Below are positions 1 through 13,116 of a stretch of 64,000 bases of DNA, one piece after another (the first letter of the stretch is position 1; each line of letters begins with the position of its first letter). The position numbers were made by a program, and so were the translations under genes. Source of the stretch: Cyanophora paradoxa CCMP329 (Eukaryota; Plantae; Glaucophyta); assembly GCA_004431415.1 (NCBI GenBank), contig QPMI01000657.1:62001-126000 (forward strand), in the 5' to 3' direction. The notes beneath the pieces were generated by a model. That model made no database searches. It was not told where the DNA came from and worked only from the letters and a program-made list of their open reading frames with translations.

Positions 1-1767
1 CCTGTACCCTTAGACCTTCCTCCTGTCCTCTTTACGCGGTACGCTGCAGGCGGGGACGGCGGAGGCGCCGCGGACGGCCCACGACCTCTTCGCGATCGAC
101 TGGCCCACCGCCGCCCGCGTCCGCCCTCCGCCCCCCCCGACCCCCAAGGCTGCCTCTCCGACACGCCGCGCACGCAGCTCCTAGGACGGGTACAGCTGCT
201 GGGCGGAGACCTGGGCTCCGCCCCGGGCGCCCTCCGCCCCAAGGTCCTCCTGTTCAGCGCTATGCTCTACGATAGGGTACCCGCTTCCCCCTTCGAACCC
301 CCCCCCCCCCCCCCCCCCCCCAATCCCCCCACGCCCGCGGCCGCAGTACGACAAGCGGGAGGAGGCCATGGGCCTTTACTTCGAGGTCCGTACCCCTCTC
401 TCAGAACTATTTCTGTACCCGCCGACCCTCGGCAGGCGTGGGCCGAGCTGGTGAAGCGGCAGCTGACCCCCGGGCCGCTGGAGGCCGTTCTGATCCCCGC
501 CCTGGCCGACCTCCACTGCGCGCCCCACTCTCAGAAACGCTTCCGGCCGGAGCTGAACGCCGCGCAGTCGCGTACATGATGGCGAACCAGGGGCAGCACA
601 TCGCGGACAAGGCGTACGTGCTCGAGGGCGCTGGCGCCGCCACCCGCTACTCCCTCTACCTCGTAAAGCACCTGGAGGGTAGGCCCCCCCCAGGCCTTCC
701 CCGGGCGCCGGCTCTGCGCTCGATCGAGCCTCGACCGCAGTCGCTTCGCTGCGGGCGAAGCGCGACGCCTCGCGCGCCACGGCAGCCTCTCGGGAGGCCC
801 TCGCCCTCGCCGAGTCCCTGGGACCCGACTACGGGTGCGGCGCCCCCCGCCTCGAATCCCTCCCCCGCCCTCCCCGCCCGACGCGCCGCAGCCTGCTGCT
901 GGGGCGCATCCTCTCGGTGCACGCGCAGAACCTGCAGTTCAGCAGCCGCCTTCACTCGGTGCGCCCCCTCGAGCTCCCCTCTCCCGATCTCCACTCGAGC
1001 CCGCCAGGCGGCCGCGACGTGGGTCCGCACCCTGCGCGCCCTCATGGCCCTCGGCGACCCATCCTTCGCCGACCTCGACTTCGTACCCCACCAGCTCGTG
1101 CGCCCCCGTACCCCCCTCCCCTCCCCCCCGGGCGGCCCTCAGGCGGGCCCTCCGGCGTAGGTCTTCGCGGCCCGGAAGCGCATCTCGGCGCAGGCTCGCT
1201 CCCGAATCCTCGCCGTCGTCGCCCGCCTCGTCTCCGTGCGCTCCTCTCCATTCTCCTTACAGCCAATTGGCCCTTTATGAAGATTCGATCTCACGATAAC
1301 GAGCAGAAAGCGGACCCGAGGGGCGAGAGCCCGATGGCGGCGCACGTGCACTTCCACCGAGGCGAGCACTTCGTGGAGCTGGGTACGCGATTCCTTTCCT
1401 CTTCTGTTCTGTTTTAGGACCGAGGAGGGCTGAGAGCCGCGCAGGCAATCCGGCGCAGGCGCGGGAACACTACGAGGCGGCCCTGCGGATCTACCGCGGC
1501 AGGTTCGGGGATCATTTCATGGAAGACAACACGCGAATAAGGCACATTGTGGAGGCCCTGCGCGAGATCCATGCGACCGCCGGCGGCACGGACGGCGCGT
1601 CTGCGTCGGCCTTCCGGCCCGGCTTCCTCGCGCGCCTCTTCTCCCGGTCCCGCGCGCCCCCCGTGGCGCCCGCGGGCGACGGCCCGGGCCCACCCCTCCA
1701 GCTTCTGAGCACGCCCCGGGCCGTCACGGCAGAGCTTGAGCCGCTCGAGCGCGCGCGGGACCACTAA
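1..1767 (+). CDS. Multi-exon host gene, 5'-truncated, hypothetical protein
   Basis: Coding-like segments (VAYMMANQGQHIADKAYVLE; TWVRTLRALMALGDPSFADLDFVPHQL; MEDNTRIRHIVEALREIH) are separated by short GC-rich GT..AG introns and end at TAA 1765-1767. No family recognised. Confidence 0.5.
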
Positions 1768-1931
1768 CGATCGATCCTCCAATTTAAGGCTTTTTTTTTG
1801 GAAAAGCCCGACCGGGCCAGGTTCGTATTAAGGACAACAACAGCCGCCCCGTCGCTATCATCGACTGGGGGGGCGCCTAGGCTAGCTCTGAGACTCTGCG
1901 GCATAGAAGGAAGACGTCTTGCTACGTAGGC

Positions 1932-2647
1932 CTAGCTATCCGCGATCGAGCTGGAGCGTGTGGGGGTCTTGAGGCGGGAGTGTCCTTGGCCCTGAGGGGG
2001 GGAGGGGGGGGAGGGCACTTTCTGCCCGGAGACGCCGCGGAGGACGGCGGAGACGGCGTTGAGGTGGCGGGCGTGGGCGGTGGTGCCCGCGCGGCGGGAG
2101 ACGCGGCCGCCGACGTCGACGCCGTCCGGGTAGTAGACCCGGTGGATGTGGGCGAGCTCGTCGGAGCCTGCTGCCGCGCGCAGCGCGATCTCGTCGGCGT
2201 AGATGGCGTCGGGGCCGACTGCCATCTCGCGGCCGATGATGGCGATATCGATGTTCGGGAGGAAGGGGACGGCGCCGGCGCGGGGGGGGGGGGCGGGGTC
2301 CTGGCTCGCTCCAGCGATCCGCACTAGTGACTGCTTAGTGACCTTAGGGCGGGGACGTCTACGCAGCCTGGTCGGCCTCGCGGGCGGCGAGGAAGGCGAG
2401 GGCGGCGGGGTCGCCCTGGGCGAGGAGGGCGGCGAACTTCGCAGCCGCCGCGGCGTTGCAAATTGGCCGCGACGTTGGCATCCTCCGGCGGGGCGGACTG
2501 GGCGGGGGCCTCCTCGCGGGTCTTCTTGGCGGCCTCAGCGGCGGCGGCGGCCGCGGCGCGCTTGCGGCTGGCGGCGGCCTGGCGGGAGACGACGAGGAGG
2601 GCGTTCTCGAGGGACTCGCCGCTGAGCACGAGGGTGATCTCGCGCAT
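1932..2647 (-). CDS. Hypothetical host protein (intron or frameshift near 2450)
   Basis: ORF 2324-2647 (MREITLVLSGESLENALLVV) and ORF 1932-2324 (PFLPNIDIAIIGREMAVGPDAIY...HIHRVYYPDG) look coding and abut in different frames. Confidence 0.35.
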
Positions 2648-3012
2648 GTGGCGGGCCTTGGTGGAGTAGCCCGTGTTCTTCGAGATCAGCTAGACGCGGC
2701 CCGGGGATAATAGCTATATATATGTAGTACTATAGCTAGTACTAGTACTGCGACACATGCCGCCGCCACTTATAATTATTAGCTTATTATTATTAGCAGC
2801 TTACTGCATGCATGCATGTGCATTGGATTAGGAGAGACACCACAGTACTAGTACTAGTGACCACACCCCGAGCTCGAGGCCCGCTAGCGCTCATCAGAAA
2901 CTGGCCAAACTGACTGTACATCTATTCACGAGAACCGGGCAGAAGAAACGGCGGCAGCGGCAGGCACCGGTGCGGGCCGGCAGATGGCCGGCCCTCGAGT
3001 CCCTCGAGCGGC

Positions 3013-4293
<1,281 letters not shown>

Positions 4294-4380
4294 CTACGAG
4301 CCCGGCGCAGAGCGCCTCTTCCCTCAGCCACGACGAGAAAGCACCCGCGATCAACTGAGACGCTCGGAGGCGCCGCGCAA

Positions 4381-4873
4381 ATGGCGCAGCCGCCAGGCAC
4401 GGCGGGCGGCCTGCAGAGCGTGCGGGACATGCTAGCCGAGAAGGTCGGCTTCATGCCAAAGGGTGCGCGCGTGCAGACTGGCGGGTGTATGCAAGCAGCT
4501 GACGAGGAGCGCCGCAGACCCCGTGGGCTGGCTGTACGTGGCGCGCGGCCTCTACAAGCTGCGGGAGTACAACCAGGTCATCGAGGCAGCGAGCTACTGC
4601 CTGCGGAACGAGAAGACGCAGCGGGAGGCTCAGCACCTGCTGGCGTTCAGCCTGCTCAACTCGGGGCAGTCCGAGGCGGCCGCGAACGCCTTCCTGAAGT
4701 CCGTGAGCATGGGCAACGAGAGCGACTGGCAGCCGCTTGTCGAGCTCGCCCTCGACAACCCCCGGGTCCGCCGCCGCCGCCCTTCAGCTTGCCCGCCGGC
4801 CCCGCCCGCCGCACCTCACGCGCACGCGTCGGCCCCCCGCGTGGCGCAGATGGTCTTCAAGAAAGTCAAGTGA
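4381..4873 (+). CDS. Small TPR-repeat protein, 3 exons, divergent from DPM1
   Basis: DPVGWLYVARGLYKLREYNQVIEAA / AQHLLAFSLLNSGQSEAAANAFLKSV fit TPR helices. Introns lie at about 4462-4517 and 4766-4849. Confidence 0.65.
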
Positions 4874-5012
4874 AGGCGGCGCCTACCGACGAGTCCGATC
4901 CCTCGCCCTAGCTTAGCGCTAGCTTGGCCACCCCACGCCAGGATTCAGCAGACAGGGCCTCAGCCTTCAATTTGATTAGACGGCGGTGCTTGGGTAGAGG
5001 AGAGGTGCGGTC

Positions 5013-6966
5013 CTAGAGGGAGCGGAGGCAGGCGAGGAGGCGGGCGAGGGCGCGGGGCGCCTCCCGCTCCGGGGCGTGCAGGCAGTGCAGCCCGTGGCGC
5101 GCCACGGCGCTCGCCTCGAACCTGCCGCCCCGTCAGTCAGCGGCGTGCCGGCGGCCGGGCGGCGGCGGCGACAAGCGCAGCGGGCACCACTCGGCGCGCT
5201 CGCGGGCGCGCGCGGCGGCGGCGGGGGCGACGGCGGGGCCGATGCAGGCGGCGGCGGCGGCGGGCCCGGTGCGCGCGAGGGCGGCCTCGCAGCGGGCGAG
5301 CAGCGGCTGCACGCCGACGAGGAGGAGGAGTGTGCAGGCCGGGGGCGCCCCCGCCGCCAGCGCCGCCAGCAGCGCGTCGGGGCCGGCCTCCCGGGTCCGG
5401 GCCGGGGCCGGCGAGGAGGGCCCGCAGCAGCGGCGCGGCCGGCAGGACGAGGAGGCGGCGGGGCGGGCCGCGGGGCGGGCGGGCGGAGAGGGCGCCCCAC
5501 CACGCGCCGGGCGGGGCGGCGGCGGGTCCGCAGGGCTCGAGGAGGACCCCGGGAGGGACGCGAGCTCGGCCCGGGCCTGCGCGCGAGGAGGCTCGGTCCG
5601 GGCGCGGACTGGAGGGGAAGGGGCGCGCGGGGCGGGGCGGACCGCGGCGGCAAAGGGCAGCGAGTCGAAGGCGCCCTCGAAGCGCACGCAGACGGGCGCG
5701 CCGCTGCGCCCGGGGCCGGTGAGGGGGCCGCGGGGCGCGCTGGGCCGGGCCGGGCCGGGGCGCACCCGGCGGGGGCCTCGGAGGGGGAGGGCAGGGCGAG
5801 GGAGGCGCCGCGCTCTGCGGGGGCGTGAGGCGCGCTCGCTCGGGCGCTGCGGGGCCGGCGGACCCGAGAGGGGGAGCGAGGCGAAGGAGTGGCGGGCGGC
5901 GAACTCGCGGTACGACCAGAGGGCCGAGGGGCGCCGCGCAGGGCCGGCGCGGGGCCGGCGCCGGCGGGGCCGCGCGCGCCCCGCAGCGGCGGCGCGCGGG
6001 TCGTGGGCGGCCGCGAGGAGCCGAGCGACGGCGCACAGGAAGCTGCCGGGCGGGCGGGGCGGGGCGGGGCGGGTCGGAGGGGGCGGGCGGGCGGGGCGGG
6101 GCGGGCGGGGGCGGACCGGGCGGTGGCGGCGATGTCGGGGAGGAGGAGGGCGCGGAGGGCGCCGTGGGCGGCCAGCCCCGCCAGCAGCTCCCGCACCTCC
6201 TCCCCGTCCCGCACCGCCCGCGCCCCGCCCCGCCACCCCGCACGGCCCGCCGCCGCGCCGGTCGGCCCAGAGGGGCGCGCGGGCGGCGGCGGCGGGGCTC
6301 CCTCGACGAGGAGGAGGGCGCCCCGGGGGCAGGCCGGCCGCCCGGAGCCGGGCCAGCTGCCGCAGGTGGTCCCCCGCAGCGACCGCGCCGCCAGGTCCGG
6401 CACCTGCCCCCGCCCGCCCGCCCCGCTCAGCCCCGCGCACCACGCGCCCGGGCGCCCCGGCCCGCACCGTCTTGCGCTCCGCGGCGGCCCCGAGGAGGTA
6501 CTCCGGCCCGCCCGCCTTGCCGCCCACTGCGCGGCGCCGGTCAGCGCGGGCGGGGCGCAGGGGCGGAGGGGGAGGGGGGGGGGTACGGGGCCGGGCGACG
6601 AAGAGAAAGTCGGCGAGGGGCAGCGGACGGCGCTCGACGAGGAGCGCGAAGCCGCCGCAGGGGCCCGCCCGCGCCACCGCCCTGCGCCGCCGCCCCGGGG
6701 CCGCGCTCGAGCGGGCGGGCCGGAGGGGCGCGGGCGGGCGAGGGCTGACCGGTGGACGGCGGCGAAGAGGGAGTCGGCGATGCGCTCCCCGTTGCGGAGG
6801 CGCTCCCGCGAGTCGACGAGCAGCACCAGCTCCGCGAACACCGCCGCCGCCGGCGCCTGCGGGCCGGCCCCCGGCCCCGCGGCGGAGGAAGCCGCCGGCG
6901 GCGGCGGCGCGGCGGCGGCGGCCTCGGCCTCGGCCTCGGCCTCGGCCTCGGGCTCGGGCTCGGCCT

Positions 6967-7000
<34 letters not shown>

Positions 7001-7500
7001 GCCTCGGCGGCCTGATCCTCCTCGCCCGCCCCGTCCTCCTCGAGGTCGATGACCTCGGGCCCGCCGCTCGCGCCCGACCCGCGCCCGCCGCTGCTGCTGC
7101 TGCTCGCGCTCGCCCGCCCCCCGCCGCCGCACTCCTCCTCCTCGCCGTCGAGGTCGATGCAGACGGGGGCGGAGGCGGCGGCGGGCCTCGACGCCGCGGC
7201 CGCCTCGTTGGCGGCGAGGGCCAGGGCGACGGCGGCGGCGTGGGGGCAGGGCGCGGGGCCCGGGGCGCCGCAGCCGCAGGAGAGGAGGGCGCCGCCGGGG
7301 CTGCTCGCACGTCGTAGGCGTCGAGGGTGCGGGAGGAGCGGCAGCGCCCGCGCAGCGACCCGTCCCCGAGCCGCTCCGCCGCCAGCACGCTGCGGGGGCC
7401 TCTGAGGCCGCGCGCGACCCACGCTGACGGGGCGCACCACTTGCGGGCGAGCAGCGCGCGGGCCCGGCGCTCGACGCCCGCCGGGTCCAAGGCCGGCCCT

Positions 7501-7537
<37 letters not shown>

Positions 7538-8586
7538 GTGCCGGAGCTGCTGGGGCGGCCTCCGGCTCGCCCGGAGGGCCGCCGCGGTCGCCACCTCGCC
7601 GACAAGCTCGCCCTTCTCTGCGGAGCGCGTGAGGGGACGTGGGGAGGCGGCGGGGCGGGGCGGGGCGGGGCGGGGCGGGCCGAGGGCGTGGAGGCGGGCG
7701 GCGAGGGCGGGGCCGTGCCCGACGAGGCGGAAGCGGTGCGGGGCGTAGAGCTCGGCGGAGACCTCGCGGCGGACGAGGCCCCGCCCCACGAGGCCCTTCA
7801 TCCCCTCCCACGCGCTCCGCCCCTGCCCCGACTGCCCCCGCCTCAGGCCCAGGCCGAGGGCCCCCAAGGCGAAGCGGAGGGGGGAGCGCGGGCCCACCGA
7901 GTGGAAGGAGGTGTGGGAGTAGGGCTGGGCGCGCCGCACGAGCTGGGCCTTCGTCACGAAGCCCGGAAAGTCCGGCCGCTGCGCCTCCGCGTGCATCGCG
8001 ACGAGGATCGCGTACGCCCCGGAGCCCTTCCGCGGCACGTAGCTGCGCCCCCGATCAAATCGGGGGCGGCGGGCGGCCCGGCGGGTCGAAAGGGGCGCAC
8101 TCAAAGGGGCTCTGCACGGCGGTCGGCACGCGCTCCTCTGGCGACGGCGCCGCCCGCTTGCGGCCCCGGCCCAGCTGGCCACTCGTCGGCTTAGTGGACA
8201 GCGGCGGCGGCGGCGCGGGCGGCGGCGGCGCGGGCCGTGCGGCCTGAGGGCACGTTGGCGCCGCGCCGCCCTCGACGCGCCGCCGCTTGCGGGCCTCCGA
8301 AGCGTCGACGGGCTCCTCGCTGCGCCGGCGGCGTCGGCGGGCGAAGGCGGAAGCGGGGCGCGGCAGTGCGAGGAGCGCACCCTGAGAGGACGCGGCGCAC
8401 TGCCTCGACGACGTACGCGGGCGCGGCCCCGCCGGTCGCCTTGATGAACTGCCAGACGTCGGCGACCTCCACGCGAGAGCCGCGCACAGCCGCGAGCGCT
8501 TTGCTCCAGTCGAGCTGCCGGGAGCTGCTCTCTGCTCGCGCGAGCTCCAGTCGCGAGTCCAGCGCGCTCAGCACCACGTCGGTCAT
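5013..8586 (-). CDS. MUS81: MUS81-like structure-specific endonuclease (winged helix + ERCC4), multi-exon
   Basis: Winged-helix motif YVPRKGSGAYAILVAM...TKAQLVRRAQPYS; ERCC4 motifs LVLLVDSRE, VERRPLPLADFLFVAR, AAERKTV-PDLAA. Some junctions need frameshifts in GC homopolymers. Confidence 0.7.
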
Positions 8587-9025
8587 CGCTGCAGACGACC
8601 AGGGCCGCTGCCGACGGGTGAAAAGAGCTGCTCTACTAATGCGTCTACCGCATTGCCGCTCCTTAGCGCTCTGGCTGCTCCGACGGGCGGCGCTCCTCCT
8701 CCAACGGTCCGAATTCGAAAGCGGGCGCTCCCGTGTCGAAACTAGATCTTCTCTGCGAGCTTCTGAAGCGCGCGATCACAGCGAGGCGCGTGTGCGGAGC
8801 CTCTCTGCAAGCCAGGAAGGAGGGGTACAGGCATGTCGACGAGGGGGGGAAAAGGGGGAGAGCGGGGTCGTGCCCAAAGCCATGTCCGTCGTGCCCCATC
8901 GTGCCCGGCCCGTGTCCCAGTCGGATCTGCGAACCCGCGAAAGCGCACCCGCAGCGCTCAGCACACGCTCGGCGCAAGCTCTAGCTGCAGTAAAGCTATT
9001 AGTCCGCCAGCACCAGCGCTGAGGA

Positions 9026-11294
9026 TGGTTCTCGCCGCGGTCGCGGCGGTCGCGATGGTCGCGATCGTCATTATCGCCATGATGCAGCGGGCTTCCAGAG
9101 CGAAGGTCGCGGGCGGAGCCAGCAGCGCGTCGACGTCCAGAGACTCTCAGCGCGCCAGCCGGCGCCGCGGGGCAGATCCTGCGGATTCTGCGGTACGGGC
9201 CTGCTCGTGCTCTACCGCGCCTAATGGCCGCGCTCTGAGCCGCTCTCGGGCCGCGGTGCACGCGCAGGATTCGGCCCTCCTCGGCCTGCCGGACGCTTTG
9301 CTGCTCCGCATCGTCCGGCTGGCGTGCGCGAGCTCCAGCGAAGACCTTAGCAGCCGCGGTCCCTTTTGCTGCGACCCGCTTGAGGCGAAGCTTCGTGCCA
9401 TATGCATCGACGTCGCAGCGAGCCCGGAGCCGAACGCGTCGGCATCGGAGTCGCCCGCGGCCGGCCCTGCGGCCGGCGCCGATGGGGAGCCGTGGGTTGA
9501 GTTGAAGCAGCTCTGCCGCCTGCGGGGCGTGTGCCGGCGGCTCGCGGATCTGGTGGACGCCGGCGGCGCGGCGCCGCGGGCGCGGCTGCAGCTCTTCTTC
9601 GGGGCGGACCCGAAGGGCGCGGCGGTGGAGGCGGCGCTGGAGCGCGCGTGCGAGGGCGCGGCGCGCGTGGCCGGCATCGAGGAGCTCGACCTCTTCATGG
9701 ACGTCTACGACGACAAGAGGGTCCGCCGCCCCCGGACCCGTATCCGCTCGCCCCGCCCCGCCCCGCCTGACGCCGCGCGCACCGGGCCGCGCGGGGCGGC
9801 CGCAGTACGCCGCCGGGGCCTACCGAGGCCTGCCCGCCTTCTCGCTGGCGCCGCTGGCGCGCTTCGGCGCCTCGCTGCGGGCGCTGCGCGTGGACGCCCC
9901 CGTGTTCCTCCACGCGCACGCCATGGAGCCGCGGCACGTCGCCCCGCTCGCCGCCCTGCCCGGCCTCGCCTGTCTGGACTTCCGCGGCGTCGCGATCAAG
10001 CACGCCGCCCTCGCCGACCTCTCCCCGCTGCCCCTCGCCGCGCTCCGGGTGGGCCTCTGCTGCGGCGCCCCCGCCGACGCCAAGGCCGCGCTCGCCGCCC
10101 TCGTCGCCTCCTTCCCGCGCCTCGAGCGGCTGCTGCTCCAAGTCCGCCTCTTCGCCAGCGCCGAGGCGACGGCCCTGGGGTACGGGCTCCGCTACGCCTC
10201 CAAGCTCTCCCTGCTCCCCATCGGATCCCTCTCCAATCTCCGATGTGCGCGAGCAGCCGCCCTCGCCCTGCCTGGGCGTGGCTTCCCCTCCCGACCGGGG
10301 GCGCAGGCCTGAGCGTGGACGTGCTGGGCTCGCTGGAGATCCTCTCGCTGGATTTCCTCCCCCCCCTCGCCCGCCTCGAGCACCTCCGCCTCCGCCTCGA
10401 CCGCGGCCTCGACCCCCGGCCCCTCGCCTCCCTCCCCGCCCTCCAATGTGCCGCCCCACGCCGCGCTCTTCGCTCTGCGTGCGATCGCCTTCGCACCTAA
10501 GTTCTTCGGGCAGCGCTGGACCTGGACCTGGTGGGGGACCCAGAGGAAGAGGTCCCCCGGGACCTCTCCTTCCTCGCCCCGCTGGCCCGCCTGGGGGCCC
10601 TTGAGCTCTACGCGTACGCCCCGCTGGACCCGCGCCAGCTGCTGCCCCTCGCGCCCCGCCTCCGCTGCCTCCGCCTCCAAGCCGAGCACCTCGAGGGCCG
10701 CCCCGCCGCCGCCCTCGCCGACGCCCTCCTCCGCTTCACCGCCCTCCAGGCGCGCCCTCGAGCCCGCACCGGCGCGCCCCGGCCCGGCTGACCGAGCCAC
10801 GGGCGGCGCCGTCCCGGCAGGATCTGAAGTTGGAGGTGCACTGGGACTGCGCGGAGGCGCTCGCCGCGGGGCGCTCCCTCGCCGCGTGGCGCCGCGTGCG
10901 GACCCTCGACCTCGACGTCAACGGCGGCCGCCGCGCCATCCGCGCCCCCTTCCTCGCGGTGCGCCCCCCCACACCCCGCCCCTCGGCAGGCTCCGCCTCC
11001 GGCTCCTCACCCTTGGGCGCAGCGGGTGGCGTCGGACATGAAGGGTCTGCGGGAGCTGGCGCTGGCGGGCAAGCCCGAGCTGCCCCTTCCGCTCGCCCCC
11101 GACGTCGCCGCCGCCCTCCGCCGCCGCCTCCGCCGCCTCCGCCTCGACATGCCCTCCACGCAGCGCGGCCAGCGCGCCGTGCGCCCGCCGCCGCCGCCGC
11201 CGCGCGCCCGCCCCCGATGCAGAAGGCTGAGTGCGGGCCGGCGCAGGAGCTGGAGAAGGCCCTCGGCATCCGCGTCGAGCCGTACTCCCCCTGA
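9026..11294 (+). CDS. F-box / leucine-rich-repeat protein, multi-exon (start approximate)
   Basis: F-box-like LLGLPDALLLRIVRLA...LRGVCRRLADLV, followed by LRR-like units (LDFLPPLARLEHLRLRL; LSFLAPLARLGALELY); ends ...LGIRVEPYSP* at 11294. Confidence 0.65.
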
Positions 11295-11819
11295 GCCTCC
11301 CGGGGCCGGCGGGTGCGCCCGGCGAGCCGACGCCGCGTCCCCCGCTCCCAGCGCCAGCACCGCCTCGAGCTCGCCGCGCGGAGCCTCGCGCCTCTCGCCG
11401 CGCCTTCCCGTTTTTTTTTTGGACAACCTGTTGCATTCGTACACACTTGACAACAGTCCCCCGCTCCTCGCCTACCGGATACTGGGATGCTGACTGCAGG
11501 AGGAGATAGGTGACAAGAGTGCTACAGCTACTAGTCGTGTCGAGCTGGTGCTTTAGCTGTAGTCTACCGAGTCGCCTCCAGAACATAATATGCGCCGGTC
11601 CTCTAGCAGTGAGCGCGGCATTATGAGCTCCACGGTCCTAGATGCCCGCTTGATGTCTCGTACGCGTAGAACTTGGCCGTGGTGCGCTGTGTCCTATCTA
11701 ATAGTGGCGGAGATGCGGTAGGGGGGAGAGTCCGCGGTGTCGTCGCGCCCGTCGTCGTCGCCGCCGTTCGAAGTCCAGCTCCGACCAGTAGGACGAGGCG
11801 CCGCGCTCCGAGACCTGCG

Positions 11820-12285
11820 CCACCCCCCCCCCCCACCCCCCACCTCCTCCCCCCCCGCCCTCCCCTCCCCCCCTCCCCCCGGACCTCCTCGCTAGCCTTT
11901 GTATTTCAGGATGTTGTGCCCCAGGATGTTCGCCGCGCCTTCCCGCTTCGCGCCCCCGCCTCGCGCCTCGCCTCGCGCCCCCTTATTCCCCCCGTTCTCC
12001 TCTCCCCCGCCCCAAGATCCGAACGCGTGACTCCCTCCTCGCCCTTGGCCCGTGATGGGGGTGGGGTGGAAGGTGGGAGAGCAGGGGGGGGGGGGGGGGG
12101 GGGGGGGTGTGGAGTGGAGGGGCGGGGGGCGGGGGGGGGGGGTGGAGTGGAGGGGCGGGGGGGCGGGGGGGCGGGGTGGAGTGGAGGGCGGGGGGCGGGG
12201 GGGGCGGGGGTGGAGTGGAGGGGCGGGGGGGGGGGGGGGGGGGGGGGGGAAGGGAGGGAGGGAGGGAGGGAGGGAGTGGGGGAGC
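11820..12285. repeat. Poly-C tract followed by poly-G/GGAG low-complexity tract
   Basis: C-runs at 11820-11880 and long G-runs at 12080-12280. Confidence 0.8.
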
Positions 12286-12286
12286 G

Positions 12287-12821
12287 ATCGCCGCCACCGC
12301 CCGGTCCGCCCCCGCCCGCCCCGCCCCGCCCGCCCGCCCCCTCCGACCCGCCCCGCCCCGCCCCGCCCGCCCCGGCAGCTTCCTGTGCGCCGTCGCTCGG
12401 CTCCTCGCGGCCGCCCACGACCCGCGCGCCGCCGCTGCGGGGGCGCGCGCGGCCCCCGCCGGCGCCGGCCCCGCGCCGGCCCTGCGCGGCGCCCCCTCGG
12501 CCCTCTGGTCGTACCCCGAGTTCGTCGCCCGCCACTCCTTCGCCTCGCTCCCCCTCTCGGGTCCGCCGGCCCCCGCAGCGACCCGAGCGAGCGCGCCTCA
12601 CGCCCCCGCAGAGCGCGGCGCCTCCCTCGCCCTAGCTGGCCTGCCCTCCCCCTCCGAGGCCCCCGCCGGGTGCGCCCCGGCCCCGGCCCGCCCGGCCCGG
12701 CGCACCCCGCGGCCCCCCTCACCGGCCCGGGCGCAGCGGCCCGCCCGTCTGCGTGCGCTTCGAGGGCGCCTTCGACTCTCTGCCCTTTGCCGCCGCGGTC
12801 CGCCCCCGCCCCGCGCGCCCC
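12287..12821 (+). pseudogene. Inverted partial duplicate of the MUS81-like gene (copy of 5620-6133)
   Basis: Near-identical to the reverse complement of 5620-6133, with introns retained and small indels. Confidence 0.85.
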
Positions 12822-13116
12822 GCGGCCGCGCCCCCCTTCTCAGCCGCGGGGCAGAGAGCTGAGGGGAGATCACCGTGCACGTGTTAAACGTTGCAATCAC
12901 CGCTCGCACATGCATGCGCAGTATTCAATTCCATTTCCAGGATCCCGGAGTGCCCTCATGATCGATCATTTATAAAATTATGTATATCCCATGCAACGAT
13001 CTGATATCGGGGGGGCCTCGAGCTCCTTGAAGCTTCAATTGCAATGATCGAGTGAATATTTATAATTATAGCTTCGAATTCATCGGATATCATGGCACAA
13101 AGCTGCGTACGCGTAG

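Noticed and set aside
4976-8380. Very long ORFs (1134, 892 and 691 aa) in several frames
   Set aside because: Artefacts of extreme GC content; the real gene is spliced and switches frames.
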